Shown here one piece after another: positions 60,057 to 64,000 of a stretch of 64,000 bases of DNA (positions are counted from its first letter, which is position 1; each line of letters begins with the position of its first letter). The stretch lies in the NCBI RefSeq assembly GCF_042651805.1, contig NZ_JBHSDU010000003.1:3461459-3525458 (forward strand), in the 5' to 3' direction. The position numbers were made by a program, and so were the translations under genes. Source of the DNA: Steroidobacter flavus. Its GTDB lineage: Bacteria; Pseudomonadota; Gammaproteobacteria; Steroidobacterales; Steroidobacteraceae. The notes beneath the pieces are model-generated. The model was given only the letters and a program-made list of their open reading frames with translations, was not told the origin of the DNA and made no database searches.

Positions 60057-60315
60057 AATACATACTCAAGAGGTCCGCGCTGATTCTGTCTGTTGCCTGT
60101 TTCGGCAACTGCGACGCAGGGCGTGATACGTAGTCATCGAATCGTTGGGCCGATTTCTTGAGTGAAGTGGCTCGCAAAAAGCGCAATGAAGGCGCCGCCA
60201 GTCAGGCGGTTCAGGGTTCCCCCGAATGGCGACGGTCCCTGACAGGATCTGACAGGCGTGCCGTCTACACTTCCGGGCAGTCAACCACAGCGTTTCATCT
60301 CGAGGAGGCCGGCCG

Positions 60316-60720
60316 ATGTTGAAGACCTACCAGGGCAGCTGCCATTGCGGAGCCGTTCGCTACGAAGCGGACATCGATCTGAGCCAGGGCACGACCCGGT
60401 GCAATTGCTCGATCTGCAAGAAGAGCCGGTACTGGGGCATCGTGATCAAGCCGGAAGCATTCCGGCTGCAGACCGACGAAGCGCAACTCACCGACTACCA
60501 GTTCGGATCGCGGCAAGGGCACCAGCTGTTCTGCAAGAGTTGCGGGTTGCGCTCCTTCAGTCGTGGCAACGTGCCGGAGATCGGTGGCGCTTTCGTGTCC
60601 ATCAACATCGCGTGTCTCGACGGCGTGTCGGATGAGGAACTGGCGGCGCTGCCGATTCGCTATCTCAACGGTCGCGACTATGACTGGATGCACGAGCCGA
60701 AGGTGATCAGCTATTTGTAG
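60316..60720 (+). CDS. GFA / CENP-V family protein (glutathione-dependent formaldehyde-activating-like)
   Basis: 'GSCHCGAVRYE...CNCSICKKSRY...CKSCGL' Zn-Cys pattern. Confidence 0.75.
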   Translation: MLKTYQGSCHCGAVRYEADIDLSQGTTRCNCSICKKSRYWGIVIKPEAFRLQTDEAQLTDYQFGSRQGHQLFCKSCGLRSFSRGNVPEIGGAFVSINIACLDGVSDEELAALPIRYLNGRDYDWMHEPKVISYL

Positions 60721-60767
60721 GTGGCTTTTCTTGGATTGCCGTGGCCGTTGAATCACAATGGCCACCC

Positions 60768-61745
60768 ATGAAAATCATCGCCTCCGACGCGGGCCGAGCG
60801 AAATCGTGGCGTGCCGCGCTGGTCGATCGTCAGAACGAGCTCTGGCAGCGGGTGCGCAATCATGGCGAGCAGCGCCGCCACCATCTTTCTGAGCGTGCGA
60901 CCGGTGTGCTGGCGGATGCCGTTCAATGGCTCGCCGAGCTGCCCGAGCATTCCATCCACGCCGTCGTCACCGATCCGCCGTACGGTATTGTCGAGTTCGA
61001 AGAGAAAAATCATCGCAAGCTGCGCGCGGGGCGGGGCGGCGTGTGGCGTATACCGCCGTCTTTCGATGGCGCCAAGCGCAGCCCGTTGCCTCGATTCACG
61101 GTGCTCTCGCAGGAGGAAGTCAGTGCTCTCTATAACTTCTTCGGTGCGCTCGCCTACGGTCTGAATCGGGCGCTGGTGCCGGGCGGGCACGTGTTCCTCG
61201 CGTCCAATCCGTTGCTCTCGACGATGACGTTTCATGCCTTCCAACGGGCGGGCTTCGAGAAGCGCGGCGAGATCATCCGGCTCGTGCAAACCCTGCGAGG
61301 CGGCGATCGTCCCAAGGGTGCGGAAAGAGAATTCTCCGAGGTCTCGATGATGGCCCGCTCGTGCTGGGAGCCCTGGGGCTTGTTCAGAAAACCTTTCGAA
61401 GGCACCGCCGCCGATAATCTGCGCAAGTGGGGCACGGGCGGTCTGCGGCGCATCTCCGGTGAGGAGCCCTTCAAAGACGTCATCACCTGTTCGCCGACGC
61501 GCGGTGTCGAGCGCGAGATCGCGCCTCATCCTTCGCTCAAGCCGCAACGTTTCCTGCGCCAGATCGTGCGCGCGGCGCTGCCTCTTGGCATCGGCATTGT
61601 TTACGACCCATTCGCAGGCAGCACCTCTACGCTCGCCGCCGCCGATCATCTGGGCTATCACGCCATTGGCACCGAGCGCGATGTGACTTACTTCGCAATG
61701 GGTTGCAAAGCTTTCCCGAAACTGACGGCGCTGACGCTCGGCTGA
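60768..61745 (+). CDS. DNA N6-adenine/N4-cytosine methyltransferase (beta-class; DPPY before FxGxG), apparently orphan
   Basis: 'VVTDPPYGIV' (motif IV), then 'VYDPFAGSTSTLAAA' (motif I) near the C-terminus, the ParB-less PF01555 layout. Confidence 0.75.
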   Translation: MKIIASDAGRAKSWRAALVDRQNELWQRVRNHGEQRRHHLSERATGVLADAVQWLAELPEHSIHAVVTDPPYGIVEFEEKNHRKLRAGRGGVWRIPPSFDGAKRSPLPRFTVLSQEEVSALYNFFGALAYGLNRALVPGGHVFLASNPLLSTMTFHAFQRAGFEKRGEIIRLVQTLRGGDRPKGAEREFSEVSMMARSCWEPWGLFRKPFEGTAADNLRKWGTGGLRRISGEEPFKDVITCSPTRGVEREIAPHPSLKPQRFLRQIVRAALPLGIGIVYDPFAGSTSTLAAADHLGYHAIGTERDVTYFAMGCKAFPKLTALTLG

Positions 61746-61855
61746 GCGCGGCCCGCGCCGAAATCATCCTCGAAATCGTCCCTTCCGACGAAGCCCGGTC
61801 CGGCCGCCGTCGTTAAGAATTCATCCTGTACAAGAGTCGCTGTACAGGGGGAATC

Positions 61856-63886
61856 ATGAGACGCCTTAGACTAGGGAGGGCGTGGGCCGCGCTTGCGGCT
61901 GCGCCCATATTGTTGATGGCTCAGGGAGCATACGGGCAGACCTTGCCGTTGCTCGATCAGACCGCGCTTCGCTCGCCCTTGATGGCGGGGTGTAATGGTA
62001 AGCCGGACAGCACGCCGCTGGTGGTGGACCCACGCTCGCTGGTGACACCGAGTGTGAATACCAATCCGAACGCGGCCATTCAGTTCAACGCTTATTTCGT
62101 CAATCTTCACAATCCACCGCCGCCGTTCGTGAATCGTAAGCCGCCGCGGCCGACGACTTGCGGCGAGTTTCGCGCCAGCGCCACTCGTGGGCGTATCAAC
62201 CTCGAGGAGCGACAGTTCTTCCAGCCGATGGCGCTGGCGATCAGCTATCACTTCATCTATCAGCAATGGGGCTATCTGGTGCGTCCGCCAGATTTCGAGG
62301 AGCAGGTGGCGAAGCGCTATGGTTTGTATCCTGCGCCGTTCCGCAATCCGTATCCGCTGCCGGGCGAAGATCCCAACACCACCAATGGCGGGTCCGGACA
62401 GCTGCCGTTGGGCCTGATTCAAGGCAAGGATGACAACGGCAAGTGGACGGGCCTGATCGGCGCGTCGTGCTCCGCCTGTCACGACTCGCGACTCGGCACC
62501 ACTACCGAAGCCTCGTTCAAATGGGGTCTGCCCAACAGCGCGAACGATGCGGGCTTGCTGGCGTCGGACATGTTCCGAACCACACCGATCACCACCCTGG
62601 GTAACTTGTTACCTATTCCGTGGAGCAACGGACGTGGCAGCTCGGATGCGATCGGTCTGATCTCGTTGTTGCCGGCACTGTTCGACATGGAAACTCTGAC
62701 GCTGGCGCCGAGCCTGCTCGAGTATGTTGCCGACAGTCCGCACGCAGGCATGACCAAGGCGCCGGCCTGGTGGGCTCGTGCGTTCAAGACGCGCCAGTTC
62801 TGGGACGGCTCGCTGTCCTCGGACAACGTGCACTCGGAGATGGCGTTCGGTGTCGCGAATATTTTCCGCGATGCTACCGCGCGCCGGAATCTCGAGGATG
62901 AGTTCGAGGACATCAATAACTTCCTGATCTCGCTGTCGCCAGCGACCTATCCCAAGACCATCAACACGACGTTGGCGGAGCAGGGCGCGGTGATTTATCA
63001 CGAGCGCGATCTGTGGGCAGGCGGTGCCAATGCGGCCATTCCGAAGCCGGCCGGCAACGGTTCGTGCGCAAGCTGCCACGGCGTTTACTCGCCTCGGCAC
63101 GCGGCGGACCCGAACTATCTGCCGGATCCTCGTTTGAAAGGCGTGGCCGCAGTGGTCACTCCGATCGAAACGATTCGTACCGACCCGCAGCGTATGCAGC
63201 TGATGGCGGACGAGCGTCAGCGTCGCGCCTGGAACAGCGGCTGGTGGGCGTACAACGAGCTCAGCCCGGACTGGACCGGCTATCCGTCGGACAGCATCAT
63301 CGAAAGCGAGCTGCGTCGCGTGCCGCGCTCCATTTATAACAACGGCGGACCGATCTACTCGCCGCTCGGCCCCAATATCTGGGAAGACCCGATCGGTTAC
63401 ATCGCTCCGCCGCTGTATGGTGCCTGGGCTACGGCGCCTTACTTCCACAACGGCAGCGTGCCGAATCTGTGGGGCGTGCTGAAGCCTGCGGATCGTCCGA
63501 AGGTGTGGAAGCGTCCGTACACTGCAACGGGGGTGTTCGGGAAGAACGCGGGTTATGACTACAGCTTCGCGTCGTACGATTGGCAGAAGCTGGGCTGGAA
63601 GTACACGGCGGTGAATTGCAGCAACAATGTCTTCACCTCACCGTTCCTGCCTTGCTCGGCTGGCATGGCGACGATCGATATCCTGTATTCGATGTGGGAT
63701 AACGTCGCGGCTCAGTATCTGAACCTGGCGTACCAGACGCCGCCGCCGGTGACGGATCAGCAGATCAAGTCGCGTATGGTCTATAACAGCTATCTGTATG
63801 GGAATGGCAACGGGGGTCATGACTTTACGCAGTCTCTGACCGATTCGGAGCGGTGGGCTTTGATCGAATATATCAAGACTTTGTAA
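61856..63886 (+). CDS. Secreted di-heme c-type cytochrome-like protein (676 aa)
   Basis: Signal peptide 'AALAAAPILLMAQGAYG'; two CxxCH motifs 'CSACHDS' and 'CASCHGV' about 200 aa apart. Confidence 0.55.
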   Translation: MRRLRLGRAWAALAAAPILLMAQGAYGQTLPLLDQTALRSPLMAGCNGKPDSTPLVVDPRSLVTPSVNTNPNAAIQFNAYFVNLHNPPPPFVNRKPPRPTTCGEFRASATRGRINLEERQFFQPMALAISYHFIYQQWGYLVRPPDFEEQVAKRYGLYPAPFRNPYPLPGEDPNTTNGGSGQLPLGLIQGKDDNGKWTGLIGASCSACHDSRLGTTTEASFKWGLPNSANDAGLLASDMFRTTPITTLGNLLPIPWSNGRGSSDAIGLISLLPALFDMETLTLAPSLLEYVADSPHAGMTKAPAWWARAFKTRQFWDGSLSSDNVHSEMAFGVANIFRDATARRNLEDEFEDINNFLISLSPATYPKTINTTLAEQGAVIYHERDLWAGGANAAIPKPAGNGSCASCHGVYSPRHAADPNYLPDPRLKGVAAVVTPIETIRTDPQRMQLMADERQRRAWNSGWWAYNELSPDWTGYPSDSIIESELRRVPRSIYNNGGPIYSPLGPNIWEDPIGYIAPPLYGAWATAPYFHNGSVPNLWGVLKPADRPKVWKRPYTATGVFGKNAGYDYSFASYDWQKLGWKYTAVNCSNNVFTSPFLPCSAGMATIDILYSMWDNVAAQYLNLAYQTPPPVTDQQIKSRMVYNSYLYGNGNGGHDFTQSLTDSERWALIEYIKTL

Positions 63887-64000
63887 CTTTCGTTTCACGC
63901 CGCGTACGCGATTTCGCTTACGCGGCGTTTCTTTTGTTTTGCCCTCCCGCCCGCCCTTTCTTGTTGGCGCTGCGCGCCGGCCTCTTTAGTTTCCCACCCA

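Noticed and set aside
1-64000. Search for CRISPR arrays, IS elements, integrases, rRNA
   Set aside because: No regularly spaced short repeats with unique spacers, no transposase or integrase motifs (DDE, Tyr-recombinase R-H-R-Y) and no rRNA-like sequence were seen.

Overview
This is a high-GC (roughly 65%) chromosomal segment with gammaproteobacterial (Xanthomonadales/Nevskiales-like) gene content. It is dense in coding sequence and carries no rRNA, CRISPR array or obvious transposon. I found five points of interest. (1) Two carbohydrate-utilisation modules, each anchored by a TonB-dependent receptor. The first has a GntR regulator and what looks like a complete non-phosphorylative L-fucose / 6-deoxyhexose pathway (aldose dehydrogenase, lactonase, enolase-superfamily dehydratase, SDR, FAH hydrolase, mutarotase, L-lactate dehydrogenase). 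The second has a 1253-aa secreted GH43-fusion glycosidase, a secreted beta-helix protein and a Tat-exported Gfo/Idh/MocA oxidoreductase. (2) A hipBA toxin-antitoxin pair inserted between the glycan genes, with three perfect palindromic operators. (3) An NAD-linked formate dehydrogenase operon fdsGBA-fdhD-fdsD. (4) An ECF sigma / Ser-Thr kinase(TPR) pair facing a repeat-built beta-propeller lipoprotein and a GGDEF cyclase. (5) A tRNA-like pair (one with an aberrant anticodon loop, one only a 3' half) next to a lone HNH endonuclease and an AT-rich patch, which looks like an integration scar. Other items are a composite REP-like repeat (inverted arm plus three tandem 36-40-bp units), an orphan DNA methyltransferase, a yqjD/yqjE/DUF3618 membrane operon beside an anomalously AT-rich 350-bp spacer, and a 676-aa secreted di-heme protein. 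Many long antisense 'shadow' ORFs in the track are GC artefacts and were rejected. All product calls come from motifs I recognise by eye in the translations; no database search was possible.
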